Virus record (IMG/VR): IMGVR_UViG_3300028588_000049
Span: 1 to 38,616 of that record
From: a virus
Taxonomy: Duplodnaviria > Caudoviricetes
Direction: 5' to 3' (one strand)
Length of the DNA: 38,616 nucleotides
Numbering within the stretch: the first letter of the stretch is position 1; every line of letters starts with the position of its first letter. The notes beneath the pieces are model-generated. The model had not been told where the DNA came from. It saw only the letters and a list, made by a program, of their open reading frames with translations, and did no database searches. The position numbers and the translations under genes are program-made. Positions 1 to 8,414 of the stretch are shown piece by piece.

Positions 1-35
1 ATCGACACACCACTCACCCACCAAGGAGAAGCAAA

Positions 36-272
36 ATGAACGTCCTCAAACACATGGAAGCCGTCTTCATCGCCGCCGCCCTGATCGCTGTTCCAGTCGG
101 CTATCTGGCCAAGGTATCGGACGCCAACGCCAACGCGTTCACTGCAAGCAGCGCGGCTATTGCCAGCGGCGCCAAGGTTGCGACCGTGACCGTGACCGCC
201 AAGCGCCTGAGCAACGCCGAGAAGTCGCAACTGCTGGCACTGGATACCGTCACCGCAGCGAGCCGGCTGTGA
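36..272 (+). CDS. Host small exported/membrane hypothetical protein (outside prophage)
   Basis: 78 aa ORF with AAGGAG SD, hydrophobic N-terminus and Ala-rich body; lies left of the attL candidate. Confidence 0.7.
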   Translation: MNVLKHMEAVFIAAALIAVPVGYLAKVSDANANAFTASSAAIASGAKVATVTVTAKRLSNAEKSQLLALDTVTAASRL

Positions 273-344
273 GCGCGGTCGGTCGTCGCGGCGCTGCCCA
301 CGGGCGGCGCGCGGCGGCCAGCTGGACGGGCACCGCCACCAAAC

Positions 345-358
345 TGTGTCAGATGTAA
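345..358 (+). repeat. attL core candidate TGTGTCAGATGTAA
   Basis: 13/14 match to 38491-38504 (exact 10-mer TCAGATGTAA); about 80 bp past the integrase stop. Confidence 0.7.
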
Positions 359-436
359 ATATCCGCATCCCAAAGCGCGCCCGTACCTAAAGGCGATCCG
401 CCAGAATTACAGAAATTCGTCGAATATTTTCCGAAA

Positions 437-1537
437 TCACTTCGCGCTCACCTTCTTCCAGCCGCCCCGCAAATCGTCGTACTTCGCCGTCATCTGCGCG
501 CTGCGATGGCCGAGGATAGCCTGCGCAAAATCCGCCCCGAACTCATCTCTGTAGAGCCGCTCGGACAAGCTGCGAATCTCGTGGAAAGTCGGCGGTGTCC
601 GGCTCTCCGATGCCGTGATTCCAGCAAGCTCGCGCGCCTTCGCAAACGCGATCGTCACCGAGTTCGCCGCCACCTTGCCGCCAGGCGTGGCCGTCGATAC
701 GCGCTCGGTGTGGTGCACCAAGTGGCGCGTCACGATCAGGTCACGGCATCCAGCAATCACCTCCGCTACCGACACGCCCACCTTTGCCAGCTTGATCGAA
801 CCGTCGATCTGCAGGCGCGTCTCGCCGCCCGACTTCCCTTGCGCTACGTGCAAGTATCCGTCGTGGTAGTCGGCGAACTTCATGTTCACGATGTCGTCGC
901 GCCGCTGGCCGGTCACCAAGGCCAGCATCATCGCGTTCTTCGCCCACGTCGATGCCTGCGCATGGATAAGCCAGAACTGCTCGAGACTCATGCGCTCGCG
1001 TTTCACCTTGTACTCCGGGTTGAACGTGGCGGTCACCGGGCTTCGCCCGACATCGATCACACCCTGCGTTTCGGCCCACCTAAAAATGTCCCCCAGCTTC
1101 GAGCGCATGTTGCGCGCGTGGCCGGCGCCGCTCTCCTTCGCGAACGTGTCGAGGAACTGGGCCACATGCATCGTTTCGATGTGCCGCATCTTCATCAGGC
1201 CGATGTTGGCCGCGGCGATCTTGCGGATCAGGCTGTTCGCCCCATAGCGTGTGTTCGCTGTCGGCTGTACCTTCGCATCCCACAATTCACGGTAGACGGG
1301 CAGCCACTCGATCAGCGTGTAATCGCTCTTGCCCATCACCCAATCGACCAGCGATGACGGCTCGCGCATCGCTGCCGCTGCGTTTGCCTGCTTCGCCGCG
1401 AGAATCGCTTTGGCACGGTCCTTGCCGAGCCCTTTCTGCGTTTTCTTCGCGGCGTCGCGGTAGTAATAATATCCTCCAGTGTTCACATACAAATTGGGCG
1501 GCAAGGCCCGGTTCTTCGCCAATCTCTGCCGCCCCAT
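437..1537 (-). CDS. int: Tyrosine recombinase, lambda-type phage integrase
   Basis: N-terminal arm-binding region (LPPNLY..GYYYYRD); catalytic R (TGQRRDDI), K (QGKSG), HEIRSL (HxxR), LGH, terminal Y (AKYDD). Confidence 0.96.
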   Translation of the reverse strand: MGRQRLAKNRALPPNLYVNTGGYYYYRDAAKKTQKGLGKDRAKAILAAKQANAAAAMREPSSLVDWVMGKSDYTLIEWLPVYRELWDAKVQPTANTRYGANSLIRKIAAANIGLMKMRHIETMHVAQFLDTFAKESGAGHARNMRSKLGDIFRWAETQGVIDVGRSPVTATFNPEYKVKRERMSLEQFWLIHAQASTWAKNAMMLALVTGQRRDDIVNMKFADYHDGYLHVAQGKSGGETRLQIDGSIKLAKVGVSVAEVIAGCRDLIVTRHLVHHTERVSTATPGGKVAANSVTIAFAKARELAGITASESRTPPTFHEIRSLSERLYRDEFGADFAQAILGHRSAQMTAKYDDLRGGWKKVSAK

Positions 1538-1538
1538 A

Positions 1539-1724
1539 TCACTCCACGTACTGCGCGTCGCGCTTTACCTGCCATGCCTTCCCGACCTTCTTCGGCTGCG
1601 GCGAGATGTGGCCATCGTGCACCCAGCGCAGCAGCGTGTTCTGGTGCGGGATCTTCGAGAACATCATCGCGGCCCACTCCTGCAGCGTGACGTAGCGTGA
1701 TTGAATTGCCTGTTTTGTGCTCAT
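1539..1724 (-). CDS. xis: Excisionase (lambda Xis-like)
   Basis: 61 aa, VTLQEWA...TLLRWVHDGHISPQPKKVGKAW motif, directly upstream of int. Confidence 0.88.
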   Translation of the reverse strand: MSTKQAIQSRYVTLQEWAAMMFSKIPHQNTLLRWVHDGHISPQPKKVGKAWQVKRDAQYVE

Positions 1725-1733
1725 CTTATTCTC

Positions 1734-1931
1734 CTATTCAATTCCCGAATCCAGGTAACGTCGGCGCTCGCGCGGTGGCCGCGCTTCGCCGATACCTGGT
1801 CGAATCATTCCGCGCGTGCTCGGCGCCGGCGCGGCCAGTACACGTCGGTCGAATCCGTCGCGGCGCTCGGGCATCAGCAGCCCTGCACCCACCTGGTTGC
1901 GCCAGCGGCGGTCGGGGCCCCGGGCGATCAC
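1734..1931 (-). CDS. Small Arg-rich phage hypothetical protein
   Basis: GTG at 1931 overlaps the TGA of the upstream remnant (GTGA coupling); 65 aa MIARGPDRR... Confidence 0.5.
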   Translation of the reverse strand: MIARGPDRRWRNQVGAGLLMPERRDGFDRRVLAAPAPSTRGMIRPGIGEARPPRERRRYLDSGIE

Positions 1932-1985
1932 GGCACCGCCCTTTTGGACCCAACCACCCACAGCCAGGGGTTGGCGTGCCAGCTA
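1928..1985 (-). pseudogene. 3' remnant of a conserved phage protein (ASCH-like family ending SWDANPWVWVVEFKR)
   Basis: Reads SSWHANPWLWVVGSKRAVP*; upstream sequence turns AT-rich and is occupied by the 2081 moron. Confidence 0.5.
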
Positions 1986-2065
1986 CTTGAGCCTTCGAAC
2001 CGCTCCAGAAGCGGTACTTTCATCCACTTACGACCCCGGATTAATCTGCTAATTAAACGAGCCAG

Positions 2066-2074
2066 TGATAAAAT
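2066..2074 (+). promoter_or_regulatory. Extended -10 promoter (TGATAAAAT) for the 2081 moron, leaderless geometry
   Basis: TGn-TAAAAT ends 6 nt before ATG 2081; no SD. Confidence 0.5.
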
Positions 2075-2080
2075 TTCCTG

Positions 2081-2719
2081 ATGAAAAATATATTTCTGCG
2101 GCTTAATTACCAATTTTTTTTTGGCGGATTTTTTGCCTTCACAGCTACAGTGGCACTTGTCTGGCTCGGGTTTATTCTTGGTCTTACTAAGTCCGATTGG
2201 GGTACTTGGGTCGGATCGGTTGGTACAGTTGCAACGTTGATCGGAACGATATGGATTGCTACTGAAGCTGCGCGACAGCGGCGCAGAGATGAGACAGATT
2301 TCGCAATCATTGCAGCGGCTGAATTCACATTCAGACTTCATTCGATGCAAGACACACTTCGAGGCGTCATAGAAAGGCTTCCAAGCATACGAAACGGCGC
2401 CTACGGTGACATTTTCAAGGAATGCTGCGAACAGATTCAATCCGCAGAAATTTGGAGAGCAGAAGATCTTAAGCCTCTCGTGATTATCCCGGGGCACTTG
2501 GCTGCTAACTTGGCTTTTGAAGCAACGCGTATCCGCGCAATCGCAAGCGATCTGGTCGCTGCAAAAAATTCTGAGTTGCTTACTATTGCCGAAGTTCTCG
2601 AGGTTGAAAGAGTCCTTACCCTGAAACTGAAAATAGCTATTCAGGAGCTGGAAGAGCCAAGTCGCGTCTGTGCCGAATTCCTTGCAAAACACGATTTTCA
2701 TAACACGCCTCTGGTATAA
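2081..2719 (+). CDS. Antisense moron: two-TM membrane protein with helical C-terminal domain, unknown function
   Basis: 212 aa, AT-rich relative to flanks, two N-terminal hydrophobic helices (..WGTWVGSVGTVATLIGTIWIA), opposite strand to the operon. Confidence 0.8.
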   Translation: MKNIFLRLNYQFFFGGFFAFTATVALVWLGFILGLTKSDWGTWVGSVGTVATLIGTIWIATEAARQRRRDETDFAIIAAAEFTFRLHSMQDTLRGVIERLPSIRNGAYGDIFKECCEQIQSAEIWRAEDLKPLVIIPGHLAANLAFEATRIRAIASDLVAAKNSELLTIAEVLEVERVLTLKLKIAIQELEEPSRVCAEFLAKHDFHNTPLV

Positions 2720-2742
2720 CGCTGCAAAAAATTCTACGGTTT

Positions 2743-3978
2743 TCATAGTTCGTTTTCCGAGAAAAGCCGCGGTTGCACGGCCCCATTCTGGTAAACAACG
2801 TCCATGATTGTTGTTGCAATTGGCTCGTCACCTTCCCAGCCATGCGGCCAGGTTTCTAACCCGATCAGCTCACGGATGCGCGCTTCTTCCTCCGTGTTGA
2901 TTAGGTCAATCTCAGGCCGTCCGAGTGCGCGAGCCGCCACGTTGACCTCATTCTGGATATTGAGCACTCGCTGCAGGCCCATCAGGCGCGCATCCAGGGT
3001 AATTGGTCCCATACGCTGCGGATTCTTGGCGATACTACCGTCCTTGAGCAGCTCGGCGCCGGCCTTGCGTAGCCGGTGCTGCGGTTCGCGCAACTCGCGC
3101 CACAACGGCCGTAAGCCCTTGAGCGGCGCCAGGTAAGACCAGGCGGGCAGCAACAGCACGCTGTCGAGTGCCTTATCTTCCTGAGCAAGCGCGCAGCCAA
3201 TGCAGCCGGTGCGCGCATTTATTTCCTCTGCCTCGTCACCACCATAGGCGTCGGCGATCATGGCTGTGCTCCAGTCACCAAATTCCGCCGCTGGTGCCCA
3301 ATGTTTCAGCCACTCCCAAACGTGGCAGACGCGCCAGTGCAGCAGGGGCGCCAGAGTAGCCAGCCGGCCGCGCAGGCCTCTCGCGTTCGGCAGCACCTGC
3401 TGATACCACCCTTGGCCGCACTCGGCACCATCCTTCCCACAGCTCATCTCGATTCGGCGATCGCGGATGGCGCTCTCGCCCTGGCGCACGCCAGTAATCA
3501 TCAGGATCTGACCGTTGAGCTGGTCGAGGCGGTCACGCAACGCCTGTTCCATCGGGTCGATCTTGATCTGCCGCGTGCACCAGCGCAGCGTGTTGTTGTT
3601 CGGTGGTGGCACGCCGCGGCCGAGAATGTAGACCATGAACCGCTTGTCCATCGGTGCTGTCACGACGTCAACCTGAATGCCGAGCTCTTCGAGCTCATCC
3701 ATGATCTGGCGTGCGGCAACCGCCAGTGGCGGCAACTCCTGGCGCGTATCCGCATAGAAAACGGTCAGCGACTTCGGACGCTCGATCTTGCCGGTATTGA
3801 GCAGCCACATAATCAGCGTCAGCGTGGCTGAGCTGTCCTTGCCGCCCGACCAGGCCACTCCCCAATGCTCGTGGGTAGCGCCATAGGCCTGTAGCGACTG
3901 GATCGTCAGTTCGATCGAGTCCGTCATTTGAAGGCGCTTCACGCCGGCGCCAAAGATGTCAGCCTGATTCATGCTCAT
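2743..3978 (-). CDS. PAPS-reductase family protein, DndC-like (PP-loop ATPase, probable Fe-S)
   Basis: AWSGGKDSS PP-loop, DTRQELP, ILGRGVPPP..LRWCTRQIKIDP, GVRQGES, RTGCIGC, C-terminal GPITLDAR...DLINTEEEARIR; start reassigned to ATG 3978 or 3972 because the ORF-track extension overlaps the 4017 gene. Confidence 0.88.
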   Translation of the reverse strand: MSMNQADIFGAGVKRLQMTDSIELTIQSLQAYGATHEHWGVAWSGGKDSSATLTLIMWLLNTGKIERPKSLTVFYADTRQELPPLAVAARQIMDELEELGIQVDVVTAPMDKRFMVYILGRGVPPPNNNTLRWCTRQIKIDPMEQALRDRLDQLNGQILMITGVRQGESAIRDRRIEMSCGKDGAECGQGWYQQVLPNARGLRGRLATLAPLLHWRVCHVWEWLKHWAPAAEFGDWSTAMIADAYGGDEAEEINARTGCIGCALAQEDKALDSVLLLPAWSYLAPLKGLRPLWRELREPQHRLRKAGAELLKDGSIAKNPQRMGPITLDARLMGLQRVLNIQNEVNVAARALGRPEIDLINTEEEARIRELIGLETWPHGWEGDEPIATTIMDVVYQNGAVQPRLFSENEL

Positions 3979-4016
3979 GTTAAGATTTCTTTCTACGCAA
4001 TTACTTGGAGACTGAC

Positions 4017-4367
4017 GTGATCGTTTATGTTTGCACCCCAATCGACCACCACTGGGAATTTCTAAAAACAGTAAAGGAGACGGCAGCCGAACTTGGGGCG
4101 AGAGACGCGCAGTTCCGTTTTGAGGCAGGTTCTCGTCCCTTTTCTCTTGAAATCTCAATCGACTCCTTCCTAGCCGATTGGGAGGAAGCAAAGGGCGCAG
4201 CATCCCAAAACGGCTGGGAGGGCGACTTCCGAGAAGAGCCACGCGTCTTCTGGTTACCCGATGAGACCGGATTTGAATACGCTTTCGCATTCAAGCAAGA
4301 TAACAATGGGACTACTTTTGTCGTCTCTCCAGTGCGGCTTCCCTGGGTCGAAAAGTTCGCTTCCTAG
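4017..4367 (+). CDS. Antisense moron, acidic/aromatic hypothetical protein
   Basis: GGAG at 4007-4010 before GTG 4017; 116 aa with WEGDFREEPRVFWLP..FKQDNNGTTFVVSP; lower GC; extended -10 TGTTAAGAT at 3978-3986. Confidence 0.78.
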   Translation: MIVYVCTPIDHHWEFLKTVKETAAELGARDAQFRFEAGSRPFSLEISIDSFLADWEEAKGAASQNGWEGDFREEPRVFWLPDETGFEYAFAFKQDNNGTTFVVSPVRLPWVEKFAS

Positions 4368-4370
4368 TCT

Positions 4371-5120
4371 CTAAGCCGCTTCTTCGATCAGGGATTTCTG
4401 ATCCTTGTCGACAGCCAACGAATCACCTTCATCCAGCAGCTTCGAGCGCTGCTCGATCACGATCGTCACGTAGCCGCCTTCGGCATCGGCCAAGCTGTGC
4501 GCCCAGTCGCCCTTGGCCAGAGTCAGCACTGCCTTGACGCCGTCTTTGAACACGACCTGGTCGACGTTGGCAGTGAAGGTCAGGCGCCCGTTGCTGGCAA
4601 TGATGTCAATCGCGTCCTTGACCGCCTCGCGGCAGTCGTTAGCCACAGTACCGAGTACGCGCTGCTGCTCGCCTTCCTTGAGGTCGATCCATGGCTTCGA
4701 CAGGATCTTGAGGTGTTTTGTCACAGCCTTGATCAGCGATCCGAGCAAGAACTCCTGGGCATAGTCCTTCCCAGTAGCGACACCGTGCACGCCCGGGCGT
4801 GCGAACACCGCATATGGGCCATCATCGTGCTCGCCCACCACGACCAGGCGCCAGTTGTCACCTGGTGGGACCGACGGCACCCAGGCACTAACGTCGTCGT
4901 TCCCGCTAAACCAGGCGGCGGCGATTTCCTTGGCATTCGTATCGTCGACCAGCTGCAGCACAGCGACTTCGCTGCCGTTGATCACGGCCCCGGCCGCCAG
5001 GTCTTCGTCAGGCAAAGTAAAGTCGGCGAACGCCGGCAGCGCGCCGTAACCGTTCTTGTTGCGCTTCAAAGCGCCGTTGTCGTTTGCTGCAGCAGCTTTC
5101 TTGGTGGTGCTCATGGTCAC
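4371..5120 (-). CDS. Two-domain phage early protein (C-terminal part resembles N-domain of phage FtsK-gamma-associated proteins)
   Basis: 249 aa, AGGAG SD; motifs W.P..PPG..W..V...HDDGP and PW..L.E.EQ...IIASNGR...VDQVVFKDGVKAVL. Confidence 0.75.
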   Translation of the reverse strand: MTMSTTKKAAAANDNGALKRNKNGYGALPAFADFTLPDEDLAAGAVINGSEVAVLQLVDDTNAKEIAAAWFSGNDDVSAWVPSVPPGDNWRLVVVGEHDDGPYAVFARPGVHGVATGKDYAQEFLLGSLIKAVTKHLKILSKPWIDLKEGEQQRVLGTVANDCREAVKDAIDIIASNGRLTFTANVDQVVFKDGVKAVLTLAKGDWAHSLADAEGGYVTIVIEQRSKLLDEGDSLAVDKDQKSLIEEAA

Positions 5121-5359
5121 TTCTCCTGGGTAATTTGATTTTTAGGGTCCTGCAGGTACTGCTGGTAGCGCCGGCGGATCCGCTCATTCCAGCGTGCCTG
5201 GGCGGCCGTGTCGCGATCGAGCTCCGCGCGCGAGCCGACCCCGCACACTTCCTTCACGCGCTGCGCTGCGGCCTGTTCGCCGTCGACGCCGAGGAAGCGC
5301 TGGAAGTCCTGCTCGCGGCATCGCTGGACAGTCCACAAGCACGCGCGCAGGCCGGCCAT
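5117..5359 (-). CDS. Phage hypothetical protein
   Basis: 80 aa, tightly coupled to neighbours; CGVGSRAELD motif. Confidence 0.7.
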   Translation of the reverse strand: MAGLRACLWTVQRCREQDFQRFLGVDGEQAAAQRVKEVCGVGSRAELDRDTAAQARWNERIRRRYQQYLQDPKNQITQEK

Positions 5360-5361
5360 GG

Positions 5362-5616
5362 TCAGTCGATCTTCTTGAACGGGAACTGCTCAGCGAACGG
5401 CTTGATGTGCTTGTAGAAGTGGGACCCGATCGACTCGGCGCTCTCGAACTGCTTGAACTGCTCCGCGTCGACGTTCTGGTAGTAGTACGTGTTGCCCGTC
5501 CCGGCGCCGCGCTTGAACTGGATGGCCAGGGTGTTGTTGGCGGCGTCGTGGCCAATCGCTGCCAGCTGCGACGATTCGATCGGGGTCATGGTGATGCTGA
5601 TTTCGGTGGTGGACAT
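5362..5616 (-). CDS. KTSC-domain protein
   Basis: PIESSQLAAIGHD..TLAIQF..YYYQNV...AESIGSHFYKHIK matches the KTSC pattern; AGGAG SD. Confidence 0.88.
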   Translation of the reverse strand: MSTTEISITMTPIESSQLAAIGHDAANNTLAIQFKRGAGTGNTYYYQNVDAEQFKQFESAESIGSHFYKHIKPFAEQFPFKKID

Positions 5617-5647
5617 GCTTTTCTCCTGTGGTGGTGGGTGGTGCGGG

Positions 5648-7342
5648 TTACGCTGCAGCGCGGGCGCCGCGCACGTTGGTAATGTGGTCGATCAGGGAAG
5701 TGCAGATAGCCGGGAAGTCGGACTCGTGGTACAGCACGGCGGCGCGATCGCGGCCGGCCGCGGCGAAACCCAGCGAACTGAGGAAGTCGGCGGTGAGCGA
5801 GAAGCCCAGGCGCTCGGCGATCTGGCCCAGGCGCAGGCCTGGCGGCGCAGTGCTGGAGAAAGTCGGGCGCACGGCGGCGATCGGCCTCATGTTTGCCGGT
5901 GCCGGCTGTACTTCTTGGAAGTCGACGTCGTCCACCGGCGTCTCGGTCACTGGTGTGGCTGTAGCAGCGGATGCTGCGGCGCGCGCTGCAGCTTCTGCCT
6001 GGGCCTGGGCCTCGGCGCGCTGGCGCGCTTCTTCCTGCTGCTGGCGCGCGCGTTCCGCTTTCTCGGCTTCGGCGCGCTGGTGGCTTTCGATCCTGGTGTT
6101 CACGGCCAGGCGGAAATCGTCGTCCTGCTTTTGAATCACGCTCTGCAGGTCGGCAAACAGAAACTCATGGCCGGCCGCATGCTCGCGGTACCAGGCCAGA
6201 CGGCTGCGCACGCCAGCGGCGATCGCATCGACTGAAATCTTGGCGTTGGCCAGCTCAGTGTCGACCGCGTCCTGCAGCGTAGCCAGGGTGCGCTTGTTCT
6301 TCATGGCGCCGGCGAAGTCACGGGTTTGGAACACCAGGCGCAGCGGCGCGATTTCCTGCTCGAGCGCGGCGACGTGCTCCTGGAACGCCAGCTTCACCTG
6401 GGCGAGGATTCCGGCCTTGATCAGTTCCTTCTTATCTTTCACGGTGCGGGTCAGTACCAGGCGCTTGGCGCGCAGCTGCTCACTGATGTGATCGATCGTG
6501 CGCATCAGATCAGCGATGTCGGCGGTCTGCTCGAGCGCGGCGCGTTTCGCCTGTTCGAGATCACCTTCGGCCTGCTCGCAAAACTTGACCGTCGCTTCGG
6601 CGTCAGCGAAGTCCTGGTCGGTGAGCAGATCGGTCTTGATGCTGGCGATGAAGCGCTCGGCCTTCGCCTTGAACGTCGGCAGGTTGCTGCGCGCCACCTT
6701 GCCTTCGATGTGGATGCTCAGCGCCGGCAGCTGCATGATCGGCTCGGCTTCCGGCTTCGTGGCGTACTCGGCCGGGACGTAGCTGGCGAGGTCGCCGGCG
6801 AACTGCGCCCAACCGGCGCGGATGCGTTCCTGCCAGACTGGATCCGGCAGCACGTCCATGTGCTGGAAATTTTCGAGCGAACCGTCGGAGACGACGAACT
6901 TCACTTTGCCAGCGCCGGTTACCATCATGATCTGCTGGCACTGCGGCATGTACTCGTCGGGCAGCTGGCCAGCTTCAACGGCGTCGGCCAGGGCTGCGTT
7001 CCACTGCTTGTGCTCGAAGGCGACATCACCGGCCATCGTCAGGCCGTCGCACGATGCTGACAGCAGGCCTTCCGAACAGGTCACCGGATACAAGTCGTCA
7101 TCGATCAGGTTTTCAACCAGCGGGCGCGCCGCAGCTTCGACCAGGTGGCCGTGGTCGAGGATGTTTTCCTGCACCCAGTTCGAGAATTCCTGTGGCGTGC
7201 CGGTGTGCTTCATGTGCAGCAGCTCGGTCCGCTTTACGCGCGACGATATTCCCAGCATGGCGGCAGCTTCACTGGCGCCAAAGTGCTCGAGGCGAAACAG
7301 GCCCCAGTCGGCACTGCCCTGGACGAGGTCATGAATTTGCAT
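5648..7342 (-). CDS. YqaJ/lambda-exonuclease family nuclease with long coiled-coil C-terminus
   Basis: QGSADW..R..FGASEAAAMLG, GHLVE, ASCDG, FEHK, YMPQCQQ motifs; adjacent to recT. Confidence 0.9.
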   Translation of the reverse strand: MQIHDLVQGSADWGLFRLEHFGASEAAAMLGISSRVKRTELLHMKHTGTPQEFSNWVQENILDHGHLVEAAARPLVENLIDDDLYPVTCSEGLLSASCDGLTMAGDVAFEHKQWNAALADAVEAGQLPDEYMPQCQQIMMVTGAGKVKFVVSDGSLENFQHMDVLPDPVWQERIRAGWAQFAGDLASYVPAEYATKPEAEPIMQLPALSIHIEGKVARSNLPTFKAKAERFIASIKTDLLTDQDFADAEATVKFCEQAEGDLEQAKRAALEQTADIADLMRTIDHISEQLRAKRLVLTRTVKDKKELIKAGILAQVKLAFQEHVAALEQEIAPLRLVFQTRDFAGAMKNKRTLATLQDAVDTELANAKISVDAIAAGVRSRLAWYREHAAGHEFLFADLQSVIQKQDDDFRLAVNTRIESHQRAEAEKAERARQQQEEARQRAEAQAQAEAAARAAASAATATPVTETPVDDVDFQEVQPAPANMRPIAAVRPTFSSTAPPGLRLGQIAERLGFSLTADFLSSLGFAAAGRDRAAVLYHESDFPAICTSLIDHITNVRGARAAA

Positions 7343-7372
7343 AATCTTGTTCTCCGTATGGTGATGGTGTGG

Positions 7373-7392
7373 GTTCCCGCTTCCGCGGGAAT
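7373..7392. repeat. Intergenic palindrome GTTCCC-N8-GGGAAT (REP/dRS3-like)
   Basis: TTCCCGC-TTCC-GCGGGAA perfect 7-bp stem between recT and the exonuclease. Confidence 0.45.
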
Positions 7393-7400
7393 GCCAGGGA

Positions 7401-8396
7401 TCAGTCGTTTTCGTGGGCCCAGCTGTCGATCGTCAGGCGCTGGTCTTCGGTAAGGATCTGCCGGGTTTGGATCATGGCCACCAGCTGCGCCACGGTCTTT
7501 TTGCCGCTGACGATCTCATCGCGCCAAGCAGCTTTGTTCTTGTCGAATTTCTCCACGGTGCACATCGGCAGGTCGCCTCCGCGCTGCTCGCTTGCACCGG
7601 CCTGGCTGGTGGTGCCAGCGCCGCGCACCTCACCGGTGTCTTTGTCCACGACCTCTGCCTGGTCGTCGTCACGCTCGTCGACCACAACCATCTCGCTGTC
7701 GATCGTGAAGTGCTTGTTGGCGTCCACCGCCGTAGCCACGTCAACAGCGCGCTGCACCTCGATCGATTTCGGCATGTACTTGAGCACCTGGAGCAGCACC
7801 ACCTTGCGAGCGTACATCTCCATGTTCTGGCCGTTCTTCTCCAAGGCGTAGTGGCGTGCACCGACCTTGTTGAACTTGTTCAGGTGCTTCACGACGCGGT
7901 CCATCGTCCACACCTCGATCACCGGGAACTGGCTACCGTTGACACGGCCGACGGCGTAGACGTGCGTGATTTCTTTCCAGGTGTCGCCGCCGGCGCCAGG
8001 ACGGTGCTTCACGTATGGAGCGTCACCCAGAGCCCAATCGAACTCGTCGCCCACATACACGGCGCCAGTCCAGACTGTGGCGCGGCCGGCGCGCGAGACC
8101 AGGTCGACCAGGCCTTGCCAGCCCGGGACGAACGTGGCTTTGCCGCCGTACGGCACCAGGTAGCCCTGCCCGCCCACGCCGATCTCGAGGCCCAGCTGCG
8201 ACGCAACCACGACCGAACCGAAGATGCTGTGCAGGTCGCACTTCTGAAGCGCGGCATTCTGGCTGAATGCGGTCATGGTCAGGCGAACCATGCGATCGGG
8301 GCTGATGTGCTTCGGCAGCGCGTTGGCGATCTGGCCTTTGTACTTGTCCAGGAAGGTGCTCAGGCTCTTGGCTGGGCTGGCGACTACTTGATTCAT
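7401..8396 (-). CDS. recT: RecT family single-strand annealing recombinase
   Basis: ALPKHISPDRMVR..LQKC...SQLGLE..GQGYLVPY..GWQGLVDL..VYVGDEF..MYARKVVL...KYMPKSIE; GAGG SD. Confidence 0.93.
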   Translation of the reverse strand: MNQVVASPAKSLSTFLDKYKGQIANALPKHISPDRMVRLTMTAFSQNAALQKCDLHSIFGSVVVASQLGLEIGVGGQGYLVPYGGKATFVPGWQGLVDLVSRAGRATVWTGAVYVGDEFDWALGDAPYVKHRPGAGGDTWKEITHVYAVGRVNGSQFPVIEVWTMDRVVKHLNKFNKVGARHYALEKNGQNMEMYARKVVLLQVLKYMPKSIEVQRAVDVATAVDANKHFTIDSEMVVVDERDDDQAEVVDKDTGEVRGAGTTSQAGASEQRGGDLPMCTVEKFDKNKAAWRDEIVSGKKTVAQLVAMIQTRQILTEDQRLTIDSWAHEND

Positions 8397-8414
8397 GGGG
8401 TAATTCCTCTCAGG

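Noticed and set aside
345-358. att core as a dif site or tRNA 3' end
   Set aside because: No XerC/XerD arm match and no cloverleaf or CCA/T-loop motif at either end
1986-2746. 272-aa - strand ORF (1928-2746) as a real gene
   Set aside because: Mostly the antisense of the 2081 membrane gene; only the last ~19 codons look like a real protein remnant
2743-3978. Complete Dnd/Ssp system or cysH auxiliary metabolic gene
   Set aside because: No partner dnd/ssp genes in the window; length and motifs fit DndC-like rather than CysH
3979-4290. 104-aa N-terminal extension of the DndC-like ORF in the track
   Set aside because: Arg/Ser/Pro-rich junk overlapping the better + strand gene at 4017-4367; family similarity begins after ATG 3978
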